Under the pieces are notes generated by a model, which saw nothing but the letters and a program-made list of their open reading frames with translations, was not told the DNA's origin and made no database searches. From the NCBI GenBank assembly GCA_963755775.1, contig CAVWKY010000004.1, positions 42,483 through 106,482 of the forward strand: DNA of 64,000 nt. Reading direction: 5' to 3'. Positions 9,644 to 18,600 of the stretch are shown here, in pieces (the first letter of the stretch is position 1; every line of letters starts with the position of its first letter). The DNA is from an uncultured Actinomycetes bacterium (GTDB lineage: Bacteria; Actinomycetota; Thermoleophilia; Solirubrobacterales; 70-9). Both the position numbers and the translations under genes were made by a program.

Positions 9644-10288
9644 TCAGGCCTGCGGGAGCGGACGGGCTTCGCCCGTCACCAGGGGCTCCACGATCGGCGG
9701 CGCCTTTGGCATGCTGTCCCGCTCTGAGTCGACGATCTCGAACCTGGATGCCTCGATCGTCCCCGCGGTGTCGCGGTTTGGATGGCAGCCGCGGCCGAAC
9801 CACCCCCACGGCCGCTCGAGGCGATCCTGCCAGAGCGCGCGTCTTTGGTCGCTTGCCCGGACGTGCTCCAGGAACAGGAGCCGCCCGCCGGGCTTCAGGA
9901 CGCGCGAGATCTCCGACAGGGCCGTTTTCGGATCGGGGATCGTGCAGAAGACGAGCGTGGCCACCGCCGTGTCGAAGCTGGCATCGGGAAAGGGCAACCG
10001 CTCGGCCCCCGCGCCGACGACCTGGGCGTCGAGCGGCGCGGCCTTCTTCTCGAGCTGGCGCCGCATGTGCTCGTCTGGCTCGGTCAAGACGAGCTCGGTG
10101 ACGGAGTCCGGGTAGAGCTCCAGGTTAATCCCGGTCCCGGCGCCGATCTCAAGCGTCCGCCCGTCGGCTCGGGCAAGCAGCGATCGCCGCTTGTCGCGCA
10201 GGCCGGCGTCCTCGGAGCCCTTCATGAAGCGGTCGTAGAGGCGGGCGAACAGCGGGCCCCAGAGCCGATCCGAGAGCTTGCCGGGCAT
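9644..10288 (-). CDS. class I SAM-dependent methyltransferase (Methyltransf_11-like)
   Basis: Intact 214-aa ORF with TLEIGAGTGINL and VLKPGGRLLFLEH. It sits 27 nt downstream of the arsI/cadI-type gene on the same strand. Confidence 0.75.
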   Translation of the reverse strand: MPGKLSDRLWGPLFARLYDRFMKGSEDAGLRDKRRSLLARADGRTLEIGAGTGINLELYPDSVTELVLTEPDEHMRRQLEKKAAPLDAQVVGAGAERLPFPDASFDTAVATLVFCTIPDPKTALSEISRVLKPGGRLLFLEHVRASDQRRALWQDRLERPWGWFGRGCHPNRDTAGTIEASRFEIVDSERDSMPKAPPIVEPLVTGEARPLPQA

Positions 10289-10315
10289 TGCCTGGAACCT
10301 ATCGCTTGAGGCCTC

Positions 10316-10780
10316 CTAAGAAGCCGGCACGGACACCTGACTCGCGCTGGCTGCATGCCCGCAGCACGCCGCTCCGCCGGCTTCCGAAGGGCCTTTGGGG
10401 TCCTCGGCGTCCTCATGCGTCGCGAACAGCTCCCAGGGGGTTCCATCCGGGTCGCGGACCCAGATCTTGTCCTGCTTCGCGTAGCAGCAGGTCGTGTCCA
10501 TCTCGTCGAAGGTGGCCAGGCCGGCCTTCTGGAGGCGCAGCTTCGCCATCAGGACGTCCTCCGTGGAGGACACTTGGATCCCGGCATGGTTGAAGGCGCC
10601 AAGTGACTCACCCCTCTCACCCTGGTTGAGGGTGAAGTTGAGTGCGGGATCTGCAACCTCGAACTTCGCGTATCCGGGTCGCACCTTCGAGGGCCCGACT
10701 CCGAAGAGCGCCTCGTAGAAGGGGATAGACAGCTCGACGTTGCTCACGGTGAGGGCGAGATGTGGTCTTAGGACAGCCAT
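10316..10780 (-). CDS. ArsI/CadI-family metalloenzyme (VOC/glyoxalase fold)
   Basis: MAVLRPHLALTVSNVELSIPFYEALFG...KVRPGYAKFEVADPALNFTLNQ...FNHAGIQV...AGLATFDEMDTTCCYAKQDKIWVRDPDGTPWELF, including the vicinal Cys pair (TTCCYA). ATG 10780 overlaps the arsR stop by 13 nt. Confidence 0.8.
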   Translation of the reverse strand: MAVLRPHLALTVSNVELSIPFYEALFGVGPSKVRPGYAKFEVADPALNFTLNQGERGESLGAFNHAGIQVSSTEDVLMAKLRLQKAGLATFDEMDTTCCYAKQDKIWVRDPDGTPWELFATHEDAEDPKGPSEAGGAACCGHAASASQVSVPAS

Positions 10781-11121
10781 GCGGAAAGTTCCTCCAGAGC
10801 TTCGGGGTTGACGTAGTAGTAGGCCCAAAGGCCTCGGCGCTCGGAACCGACGATCCCGGCCTCGCGCAGCACCTTCAGGTGGTGGGACACGGTCGGCTGC
10901 GAGAGGTCAAACAGCGGCACGAGCTCGCAGACGCAGACCTTGCCGGCATGCTTCTTGAGCACATCGACGAGTTGCATCCGAATCGGATCGCCGAGGGCCT
11001 TTGCCACCCGGCCCATGCGCTCGGCATCCTCGCGCTCAATGCTGGGATAGACCACTGGCTCGCAGCACGGCTCGCCGGCGGGACGTTTCTGCTTTGGGGC
11101 AAGCTCCAGATCGACGGACAT
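10768..11121 (-). CDS. arsR: ArsR/SmtB-family metalloregulator
   Basis: 117-aa ORF with LGDPIRMQLVDVLKKHAGKVCVCELVPLFDLSQPTVSHHLKVLREAGIV (winged HTH, CVC metal site) and an N-terminal CC pair. Confidence 0.85.
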   Translation of the reverse strand: MSVDLELAPKQKRPAGEPCCEPVVYPSIEREDAERMGRVAKALGDPIRMQLVDVLKKHAGKVCVCELVPLFDLSQPTVSHHLKVLREAGIVGSERRGLWAYYYVNPEALEELSAWLS

Positions 11122-11150
11122 CTATTTACATATATCAATTGAAATGACGA
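11122..11150. promoter_or_regulatory. 29-bp AT-rich divergent control region between arsR and the R2-like gene
   Basis: The sequence is ctatttacatatatcaattgaaatgacga. It contains the palindrome TCAATTGA (11135-11142). TTGA-N11-TCAA runs into the first codons of the plus-strand gene. There is too little room for normal leaders, so the transcripts are probably leaderless or very short-leadered. Confidence 0.45.
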
Positions 11151-12017
11151 ATGTCAATGGATAGGATCGCCTCGATGAGCGACGAGCGGCAGCTGAACGA
11201 TCCGCAGACCCTCTATCGCCGCTGGGAGGACTCGCAGTGGTCACCGTTTGAGATCGACCTTGGCAGGGACCAGGCGCAGTGGAGAGAGATGGACGGTGGC
11301 GGCCGGGACTTGGTCCTCTTCGTCGTCTGCTCGCTGATGGTGGCCGAGGAGCGGATCACGACCAAGTTCTCGGGCCTAGTCGGTGCCTACGGCTCGGAGG
11401 AGGAGGCGACCTTCCTGGCCACCCAGCAGGTCGACGAGGCGCGCCACATGCAGTTCTACGCGCGCTTCCGTGACGAGGTCATCTCGCAGCCCGATCTGAT
11501 CGCCAGGCACGTCGCGCGTGCCCGCGAGCACGTCTCCGCGGCCTTCCGCACACTCTTTGACCAGGCGCTGGTCCAAGCCCACGAGCGGTTGCTCGCCGAG
11601 CCCGAAAGCCAGGCGGCCAAGGTGGCCTTCGTCACGCTCTACCACCTGATCCTCGAGAGCACCCTTGGCCTGACGACCTTCAAGTTCACGACCGATTACC
11701 TAACCCGCGAGGGCCTTCTGCCCGGCTTCGTCGCTGGCTATTCGAGGATCCACCACGACGAGACGCGACACATCAGCTACGGCGTCTGGTTCTTGCGGGA
11801 GAGCGTCGCCGCCGACCCCGCCCTCGCCGACGTCGTCCGCGAGACGCTGCGGCAGCTCCTGCCATCGGTCGCTGAGTCGCTTTCACCATCCGACAACGGC
11901 TCCGGGAGCGTGGACTTCGATGCCCTCGGCGTCAGCGTCGACGACGTACGCGACTTCGCCCTCAACGGCCTCAAGCGCCGCCTCGAGTTGATCGGTGTGC
12001 GGCTGGAAGCACTGTGA
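11151..12017 (+). CDS. ferritin-like di-iron carboxylate protein, ribonucleotide reductase R2-like / R2lox-like
   Basis: Intact 288-aa ORF. All four metal-binding helices are recognisable: MVAEERITTKF, QQVDEARHMQFY, LYHLILESTLGL and RIHHDETRHISYG. Its stop overlaps the GTG of the next gene (GTGA). Confidence 0.7.
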   Translation: MSMDRIASMSDERQLNDPQTLYRRWEDSQWSPFEIDLGRDQAQWREMDGGGRDLVLFVVCSLMVAEERITTKFSGLVGAYGSEEEATFLATQQVDEARHMQFYARFRDEVISQPDLIARHVARAREHVSAAFRTLFDQALVQAHERLLAEPESQAAKVAFVTLYHLILESTLGLTTFKFTTDYLTREGLLPGFVAGYSRIHHDETRHISYGVWFLRESVAADPALADVVRETLRQLLPSVAESLSPSDNGSGSVDFDALGVSVDDVRDFALNGLKRRLELIGVRLEAL

Positions 12018-12715
12018 CGGAGGCACGGCCCGATCTGCTGCGCCGCTCAGGCGCCGAGGCGCTGGGAGCGTTCGCACTCGTCTTCGCCGGTTGTGGGGCG
12101 ATCGTGGCCACCTCTCAGTACCCCGGCGCCCTCGGCAACTTGGGAGAGGCCCTGGTCTTCGGCCTGGTGATAATGGCCATGATCTACGCGATCGGCCACC
12201 TCTCGGGGGCGCACATCAACCCGGCCGTCACGCTCGCCTTCACGCTTACACGCCACTTCCCCACCCGCGAGGCTGCGGCATACATCTCCGGGCAGCTCCT
12301 CGGCGCTGTCGCCGGCGCGGTCTTACTGCTCGCGGTCTGGCCGAGCCAGCCCGCCAGCCTCGGGGCGACGACGCCCAGCATCTCGACCGGGAGCGCGCTT
12401 GTCTACGAGATGGCACTAACGGCCTTCTTGATGTTCGTGATCACGGCCGTGGCCACCGATACCCGGGCGTTGGGCGCGGGAGCGGCGATCGCCATCGGGG
12501 GAACCGTCGGGCTTGACGCCCTCTTCGGCGGTCCTGTCACTGGCGCGTCAATGAACCCCGCCCGCTCCTTCGGTCCGGCCCTTGTCTCCGGCAACTGGCA
12601 CGACTTCTGGATCTATGTGGTCGGTCCGATCCTCGGAGCAGCACTGGGCGCCCTCGCCTACCAGCTCGTCCGCGGCGAGCAGCCCCAGCTTGGCCAAGCT
12701 GGGGACGACGCCTGA
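12014..12715 (+). CDS. MIP-family channel (aquaglyceroporin, AqpS/GlpF-like)
   Basis: Intact 233-aa ORF with two NPA boxes (GAHINPAVTLAF and GASMNPARSFGP) and six hydrophobic segments. Confidence 0.85.
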   Translation: MTEARPDLLRRSGAEALGAFALVFAGCGAIVATSQYPGALGNLGEALVFGLVIMAMIYAIGHLSGAHINPAVTLAFTLTRHFPTREAAAYISGQLLGAVAGAVLLLAVWPSQPASLGATTPSISTGSALVYEMALTAFLMFVITAVATDTRALGAGAAIAIGGTVGLDALFGGPVTGASMNPARSFGPALVSGNWHDFWIYVVGPILGAALGALAYQLVRGEQPQLGQAGDDA

Positions 12716-13131
12716 TGGCCCACATCCTTTTCGTCTGCCTGCACAACGCCGGGCGCTCGCAGATGAGCCAGTCGCTCTTCGAGCGCGCGGCCGACGGCCG
12801 CCACACTGCGGATTCAGCCGGGACAAGGCCCGGCGAGCGCATCCAACCGGAGGTTGTCGAGGTCATGCGCGAGGAAGGGATCGACCTCTTCGGCCGGCGC
12901 CCGAGGAAGCTCGAACCCGAGGCGGCCGAGGCGGCCGACGTCTTCGTGACCATGGGTTGCGGCGACGAGTGCCCCTATATCCCCGGCAGGCTCTACCTGG
13001 ATTGGGACCTCCCCGACCCGAGCGGGCGTCCGGTCGAGGAGGTCCGGAGGATCAGAGACGAGATTTCACGCCGGGTAACCGCCTTGGTCCAGGACCTGGA
13101 AACGGGACGGTCTCGGCGACGAGCCACCTAG
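12715..13131 (+). CDS. arsC: arsenate reductase, LMW-phosphatase type
   Basis: 138-aa ORF. ILFVCLHNAGRSQMS is the CX5R(S) P-loop, and TMGCGDECP is also present. The start overlaps the aquaporin stop (TGATG). Confidence 0.85.
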   Translation: MAHILFVCLHNAGRSQMSQSLFERAADGRHTADSAGTRPGERIQPEVVEVMREEGIDLFGRRPRKLEPEAAEAADVFVTMGCGDECPYIPGRLYLDWDLPDPSGRPVEEVRRIRDEISRRVTALVQDLETGRSRRRAT

Positions 13132-13368
13132 TGGTTTCGCAGCGCGTCGATGAGCTCGTCCTTACTCATCTCCGAGCGCCCCTCGATGCCGAGCTCCGCC
13201 GCGCGCTGCTCGAGCTCCTCCTTGGTCCGGTCCTCGTAGTCCTCGGCCTTGCCGCCCTTGCGGCTGACGTCTTCGCCGGCGGCCTTCGCGTTTGCGATCC
13301 GCGCCGCCTTCTCCTTGCTGTCGCCCTGCTCGCGCAGCTCCTCGTAGAGGCGGTCGTCCTTGACGCAT
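13128..13368 (-). pseudogene. small Rho_N-domain protein, frame disrupted at codon 2 (or non-canonical start)
   Basis: The minus frame reads VKDDRLYEELREQGDSKEKAARIANAKAAGEDVSRKGGKAEDYEDRTKEELEQRAAELGIEGRSEMSKDELIDALRNH and then a stop. The only ATG (13368-13366) is displaced by one base (ATG-C-GTC AAG GAC). The span is 241 nt, which is 3n+1. Confidence 0.6.
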
Positions 13369-13438
13369 TGGTCCGTGGCGATCCTGAAGGGATGCCGTGC
13401 GGATTGAGCCGACCTGGCTCCCGTGCGATCCTTGAGAC

Positions 13439-14362
13439 GTGTCCTTGTCCCCCTGGCCCGCGCTGTCGTATGAGCCCTGGAGCGCCACTTGCGACACGCT
13501 CCACGCGCATACGCAGGTGCTCGGCAAGCTCGCCGCGACGCTGGCCCCGCCCGAGCCCCAGCTTCAGCACGCGGCCCTGCGGCTCAGCGCTCGGGGCTGG
13601 GAGACGCTTCCACTGCCGGCCCCCGACGGATCGGGCGCAGTGAGCGTGGCACTCGACCTTCACGCGCACGAGGCCGTGGTCCAGCACAGCGACGGGCGCC
13701 TGGCCCGAATTGCGCTGACGCCGGACCGCCCGGTGGCCGAGGTCACCCGCGAGGTGCTGGGCGCCACGCGCCGCATGGCGGGGGAGTTCGATATCGACCC
13801 GGCGCCCCAGGAGGTCGCCTGGGAGGTGCCGCTCGACGAGGACTACGAGCACTCGCGCTACGACCCGACTCAGGTCGCGCCGTACTTCGAAGCCGCGACC
13901 CAGGCGGCGCTCGTCCTGGCCGCGTTCCGCGCTCCCTACCGCGGGCGCTCGACCCCCGTGAACGCGTGGTGGGGCTCATTCGACCTGGCCGTGAACCTCT
14001 TCTCCGGGAGCTCGGCGAAGCCCCCATCCGACGACTTCATCATGCGAAACGCGATGGATTCCCAGGAGGTCGCGATCGGCTGGTGGCCCGGGGACCAGCG
14101 GTACGGTCGCGCGGCCTTCTATGCCTATGCCCACCCGGCCCCGGACGGCTTCGAGGACGCGGAGCTCAGTCCCGACGCCGCACGATGGGAGCCCGAGCTG
14201 AGCGAGTACCTCCTGGACTGGGACGACATCCGGACGAGCTCCGACCCGTTCGGCCTTGCACTCGAGTTCGCGAGCTCGGCGTTTCGCCATGCGTGCGCCG
14301 TCTGCGACTGGGACCCCGCCCTTTCCGCGAGCGCCGAGGGCGCGCCGCCGCCGGTCCGGTAG
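13439..14362 (+). CDS. DUF5996-like protein
   Basis: Intact 307-aa ORF with WSATCDTLHAHTQVLGKLAATLAP...VNAWWGSFDLAVNLFSG...AIGWWPGD, as I remember this family. Confidence 0.6.
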   Translation: MSLSPWPALSYEPWSATCDTLHAHTQVLGKLAATLAPPEPQLQHAALRLSARGWETLPLPAPDGSGAVSVALDLHAHEAVVQHSDGRLARIALTPDRPVAEVTREVLGATRRMAGEFDIDPAPQEVAWEVPLDEDYEHSRYDPTQVAPYFEAATQAALVLAAFRAPYRGRSTPVNAWWGSFDLAVNLFSGSSAKPPSDDFIMRNAMDSQEVAIGWWPGDQRYGRAAFYAYAHPAPDGFEDAELSPDAARWEPELSEYLLDWDDIRTSSDPFGLALEFASSAFRHACAVCDWDPALSASAEGAPPPVR

Positions 14363-14430
14363 CGGGACAGTGGGACTGGGCGATGGCCGAATTCGTGCCC
14401 ATATGAATCGAAATTCGGTCCGGGCGACGG

Positions 14431-16596
14431 CTAGTTCCCGCGCCGCCGGACGACTGCCACCCGCTCTCGGTTGAGCTGGGCCACCGCCCCGATCAAGTCG
14501 CCTGCGTCGTAGTGGTCGACGGCGATCAGGTTCACCGGCAGGCCCCGGCGTCGGGCGCACTGATGAGCCCGCCGAACGATGAAGCCCTTGCGCAGGAAGT
14601 CGACATTGGCGGTGCGCCGGGGTGGGAACACGTCGGCCCAGTGATTGAGCATCAGCAGGGGACTCGCGCGGGTACCGCGATTGAGCGCACAGCTGAGGTC
14701 ATCCGGCTTGGTGGCCCCGAGTGGCGTGTCCTGAACGAACGAGAAGCCGTCGAGATACCAGGGGACGCTCTTGTCCGCGTCCCGCTCGGTGAACACGATC
14801 ACCCGCCGGTCGGTCCGCACCAGCTCGCCGAGGGTGGGCAGAGGCCCGTTCGGGTCGAGGGTTGCCACGTATTGGTCCAGACCGGCCTCCTCGAAGACCG
14901 CCGCGATGTCCTTCGGGGGCACGTAGGGCTCGATGAACAGGAACAGCACCTCGCCGGGGTTGCGTTCGAGGAACTTGCTCATGGTCGTCAGCGTGTCGAC
15001 CATGAGGGTCGCCCCGAGTTCGCACACGGTGTGGCACAGCCAGACCTCGCGGTCACCCCCCTCGCCGGGTCGCAGCCCGACGCCTCCCGCCAGGCGCTCG
15101 GCAGCCCGCAGCGTCTCAGGTGGCAGCGCGGCGGCAACACGGTTGCGGTTGCGTCCCTCGCTCTCGAAGTCGGTGCGGACCCGTCCGCCCTCGCCCTCGA
15201 CGCCCCAGTGAGGATCGATCAGGAAGAGGCGGATGCCGTCTTGAAGCTGGCGGTCGATCGTTCGGCGCTGGTTGGCGATGAACCACCCGGGGCTGTCCGC
15301 CGCCGAGAAGGAGTTGTGGGTCCCGGCGAAGACGGCCTCGTCGAGGCGCAGTGAGCACAACCCGGCCGAGCCGTTGCAGGCGCCGGCGGCGCTGACGGGG
15401 CCGCTGCCTGGAGCCTCCGTCTCCTCGCCCGTGAGAACCAGCGCGAGGGCGACCAGGGCGGCTACGGCGATGCCGCCGACGGCGCCCGCGGCGGCGAGCG
15501 ACCAGCGCCGTTTTCGCACCTCTTCCTCGCTGTGGCGCGCTCCGACCTGCGCCAGCAGCAGCAGCTCGATGAGCGCGAGGTAGATCAGGTAGGCGCCCGC
15601 CAGCACCGCGACCATCCGAAGCGCCAGCGACGGGTTGACGAGGATCGCGATCCCCAGGAGCAGTCCGGCGCCGGCTCGCAATCCTCGCCCCCAATTCGTC
15701 GCCGGGCGCTCGCGCAGGCGCCGTCTCACTCGTACGACGGGATCCTCGACCCGTACGGGGTCGAGGGCGGCGGCGACCGCGGCGACGATCACACCGGCCA
15801 GCCCGAGTACCAGGGCCCAGATGAAGAGGTCCCCGAAAAACGCGTCAAGGATCCCCGCCACCGCGCCACGGACCTCCTCGTCGGTGAGTTCGTCCTCTCC
15901 GAAGACGTTGGAGAGCACTCGCTCGCGCAGGATCAGCATCGCGATCACCATCACGGCCCCGACCGCGCCGACGGTGACGCCGCTTCGCATGATCGCCACC
16001 CTGCGGTCCCACGCCAGCGCAATGGCGGCGGCGAATGCGAGGATCGCCGCAATCGGCAGCACGATTCCCAGCACCCGGACGCCGTCCGCGACTTCGAGTG
16101 TCTGCCGCGCGAAGTCGCGCTGCTTCAATTTCAAGAGCGCGACGTCGACATCGGTCGGCACATCGGCGGCGACCTCAGGGGCAATGGACCTGAGACCGAA
16201 GCGGACGACCCTGTACGCATCGGAGATTCGAAATGCGGCGTTGTCACGATCGCGAACGAACAACACGCGGTTGCTCTCGATTGCGCCCTCGCGGAAGAGC
16301 TTCTGGAAGGCATCCGTGTCGAGGGCCGTGTTGACGACCGACTCGATCAGCGGGCGTGCCGCGATCAGGTCGCTGGAACCGCGATCGATCAGGTTCACGA
16401 CGAGCTCGCGGGTGACAACGGTGCGCACCTGGTCGTCGGCGACGGCCTCGACGGCTCGATTCGCGAAGGCTTCCTGGTCGATCACCTCGTCGCGCAGGTA
16501 GAGGGCGAGGACGCCGACGAGCAGCAGAACGCCGCCGATCACGATCAGGACAACGCTTGCGATGGCCCGCGTTCGGATCGACAAGCCTCCCTTCAC
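14431..16596 (-). CDS. polytopic membrane protein with C-terminal PI-PLC X-domain-like phosphodiesterase domain
   Basis: Intact 721-aa ORF with a GTG start. There are several N-terminal TM segments. The C-terminal part reads CSLRLDEAVFAGTHNSFSAADSPGWFIANQRRTIDRQLQDGIRLFLIDPH. Confidence 0.65.
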   Translation of the reverse strand: MKGGLSIRTRAIASVVLIVIGGVLLLVGVLALYLRDEVIDQEAFANRAVEAVADDQVRTVVTRELVVNLIDRGSSDLIAARPLIESVVNTALDTDAFQKLFREGAIESNRVLFVRDRDNAAFRISDAYRVVRFGLRSIAPEVAADVPTDVDVALLKLKQRDFARQTLEVADGVRVLGIVLPIAAILAFAAAIALAWDRRVAIMRSGVTVGAVGAVMVIAMLILRERVLSNVFGEDELTDEEVRGAVAGILDAFFGDLFIWALVLGLAGVIVAAVAAALDPVRVEDPVVRVRRRLRERPATNWGRGLRAGAGLLLGIAILVNPSLALRMVAVLAGAYLIYLALIELLLLAQVGARHSEEEVRKRRWSLAAAGAVGGIAVAALVALALVLTGEETEAPGSGPVSAAGACNGSAGLCSLRLDEAVFAGTHNSFSAADSPGWFIANQRRTIDRQLQDGIRLFLIDPHWGVEGEGGRVRTDFESEGRNRNRVAAALPPETLRAAERLAGGVGLRPGEGGDREVWLCHTVCELGATLMVDTLTTMSKFLERNPGEVLFLFIEPYVPPKDIAAVFEEAGLDQYVATLDPNGPLPTLGELVRTDRRVIVFTERDADKSVPWYLDGFSFVQDTPLGATKPDDLSCALNRGTRASPLLMLNHWADVFPPRRTANVDFLRKGFIVRRAHQCARRRGLPVNLIAVDHYDAGDLIGAVAQLNRERVAVVRRRGN

Positions 16597-16632
16597 GAGG
16601 CGATCGTAGTCGAGGCTTTCGCCTCGCGAAAA

Positions 16633-17028
16633 CTACTCCGCGAGCCCTGCGGCCTTCAGTGCCTTCTCTTTCGTGGTGAGCATGTCGAGCCGCGTCAGCT
16701 TCGAGTCGGTCAGCGTGTGGACGAACCAGAAATCACCCTCGATTTGGGCACCGCTCTGGGCGCCGGTGGCCGTCTGGTGGACTCGAACGATGACCTGATG
16801 GTCGTTCGCGTCGATCAGCTCCTCGGCGGTCGCCGCGAACTCGTCGAAGTCCTCCACCCACTCGGCGATCGCCTGGAGGAAGCCTTCGGGCCCGTGAAAC
16901 GTCGCCGCGTCGGGCTCGTCGCGGTAGGTGACCAGCTCGGGGTCCATGCTGGCGAGCATCGCTTCCATGTCGCCCTGCGCGTAGGCGTCGTACCCGCGTC
17001 GCACGATCTCGAGGTTCTCCCGCGACAT
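16633..17028 (-). CDS. NTF2-like / SnoaL-like protein
   Basis: 131-aa ORF. NLEIVRRGYDAYAQGDMEAMLASMDPELV is typical of the ketosteroid-isomerase-like fold. Confidence 0.65.
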   Translation of the reverse strand: MSRENLEIVRRGYDAYAQGDMEAMLASMDPELVTYRDEPDAATFHGPEGFLQAIAEWVEDFDEFAATAEELIDANDHQVIVRVHQTATGAQSGAQIEGDFWFVHTLTDSKLTRLDMLTTKEKALKAAGLAE

Positions 17029-17031
17029 GGC

Positions 17032-18600
17032 CTACCAGGTATCGACGAACCCCCGACCCCGTCCGGGCCGACGGCCAGACCCGGCGCTCGCTGCGAGGGT
17101 AGACGCGATGAGCGAGCGAGTCTCCGCAGGGTCGATGACGTCGTCGATCTCGAATAGCTGGGCGGCGTTGAGCGCCTTCGCGTTCTCCTGCGCGGCCGCG
17201 GTGACCTCGCGCACCCGCCGCTCGCGCTCCTCGTCGTCGGCGATAGCCTCGAGCTCCTTGCGCAGCGCAAGGCGGACTGCCCCTTCCAGCCCCATCGGCC
17301 CGAGGTGGGCGCTCGGCCACGCGACGGTGAGCAGAGGCTCGTGCAGGCTCCCGCCGACCATCGCCTGCGCTCCGAGCCCGTAGCCGCGGCGCAGGACCAC
17401 GGCGACCAGTGGAACGCGCAGCGCCGCGCCGGCGACCAGCAGCCGCGAGCCGCGGCGCACGAGCGCCTGCGCCTCGGCGTCCGGCCCGACCATGTACCCC
17501 GGGGTATCGACGAGCGAGACGACCGGCAGCTCGAAGGCGTCGCAGAGCTGTAGGAATCGCGCGGCCTTGTCGGATCCGGCAGCCGTCACTGCACCTGCCA
17601 TCACGAGCGTGTTGTTGGCGATGATCCCCACCGGCCGTCCATCGATGCGGGCGAGGGCGGTCACCATCTCTGGCGCGAAGCGCTGGCGAAGGAAGGTCAC
17701 CGATCCCTCGTCGGCCAGGGTTTCGGCGATCGGCGCGACGTCGTACGCGCGCCGCTCGCGCTCGGGCACCAGCTCGCGCATCCGCGTTTGGTCCGGCGCT
17801 GGGCCTGGCGGCGTGGCTCCCTGAAAGTAGGCGAGCAGGCGCTTGGTCATGGCGACCGCCTGCGCCTCGTCGGCAACCACGACGTCTACCACCCCGTTTG
17901 GGGCCTGCACGGCGATCGGCCCCACAGCGTCGGGCTCGACCTCTCCGAGCCCGCCGCCGGCGATCATCGCCGGCCCGCCCATGCCGATCGAGGTGTCGTC
18001 GGTGGCGACGATCAGATCGGAGCAGCCGGCGATCACGGCGTTGCCGGCGAAACAGCGGCCCTTGACGATCGCGATCCGCGGCACCAGGCCGGACAGCCCG
18101 GCCCATAACGCGAACGCCCGGACGTCGAGCGCGGAGACCACGGGATAGTCGGTGTCGCCCGGGCGGCCGCCGCCGCCTTCGGCGAGGAACACCGTCGGCA
18201 GGCGCATCCGCTCGATCAGCTCGAAGAGGCGGTCCTTCTTGAGATGACCAAGAGCGCCCTGCGTGCCGGCGAGCACCGTGTAGTCATAGGAGAGCACCGC
18301 GCAGGCGCTTCGCTCGTCGCCGAAGAGGTCGCCGTTGACACGCCCAGTGCCGGCCACGAGACCATCCGCGGGCGTGCGCTCGATCAGGTCGTCGAGGTCG
18401 CGGCGCTGGCGCTGCGCGGCGATCGCGAACCGCCCGTACTCCACGAAGGTGCCCGAATCGACCAGGTCGGTGACGTTCTCGCGTGCCGTTCGCCCGCCGC
18501 CCTCGTGCCGGCGCTCGACCGCGTCCGGGCGGGCGGCGTCCTCGGTGAGGGCCCGGCGGCGCAGCAGCTCGGCGAGATCGTCGCGGATCGAGTCGATCAG
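17032..18600 (-). CDS. acyl-CoA carboxylase carboxyltransferase (beta) subunit
   Basis: ORF 17032..18444 has LSYDYTVLAGTQG, FLAEGGGGRPGD and VVLRRGYGLGAQAM. Carboxyltransferase-like sequence (LIDSIRDDLAELLRRRALTEDAARPDAVERRHEGGGRTARENVTDLVDSGTF) continues upstream in frame to TAG 18607-18609. The only start-like codon there is CTG 18600, so the start is uncertain. Confidence 0.8.
   Translation of the reverse strand: MIDSIRDDLAELLRRRALTEDAARPDAVERRHEGGGRTARENVTDLVDSGTFVEYGRFAIAAQRQRRDLDDLIERTPADGLVAGTGRVNGDLFGDERSACAVLSYDYTVLAGTQGALGHLKKDRLFELIERMRLPTVFLAEGGGGRPGDTDYPVVSALDVRAFALWAGLSGLVPRIAIVKGRCFAGNAVIAGCSDLIVATDDTSIGMGGPAMIAGGGLGEVEPDAVGPIAVQAPNGVVDVVVADEAQAVAMTKRLLAYFQGATPPGPAPDQTRMRELVPERERRAYDVAPIAETLADEGSVTFLRQRFAPEMVTALARIDGRPVGIIANNTLVMAGAVTAAGSDKAARFLQLCDAFELPVVSLVDTPGYMVGPDAEAQALVRRGSRLLVAGAALRVPLVAVVLRRGYGLGAQAMVGGSLHEPLLTVAWPSAHLGPMGLEGAVRLALRKELEAIADDEERERRVREVTAAAQENAKALNAAQLFEIDDVIDPAETRSLIASTLAASAGSGRRPGRGRGFVDTW

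Noticed and set aside
9644-10288. ArsM (arsenite methyltransferase) assignment for the methyltransferase next to the arsI/cadI-type gene
   Set aside because: At 214 aa it is too short, and it lacks the conserved cysteine set I associate with ArsM. I kept it as a generic class I methyltransferase.
15532-17157. 541-aa plus-strand ORF
   Set aside because: It is antisense to the membrane/PLC-like gene and the NTF2-like gene. It is Arg/Asp/Gly-rich with no motifs.
16733-18106. 457-aa minus-strand ORF overlapping the carboxyltransferase gene
   Set aside because: It is on the same strand but out of frame with the motif-bearing carboxyltransferase ORF. The translation is Arg/Gly/Ala-rich.
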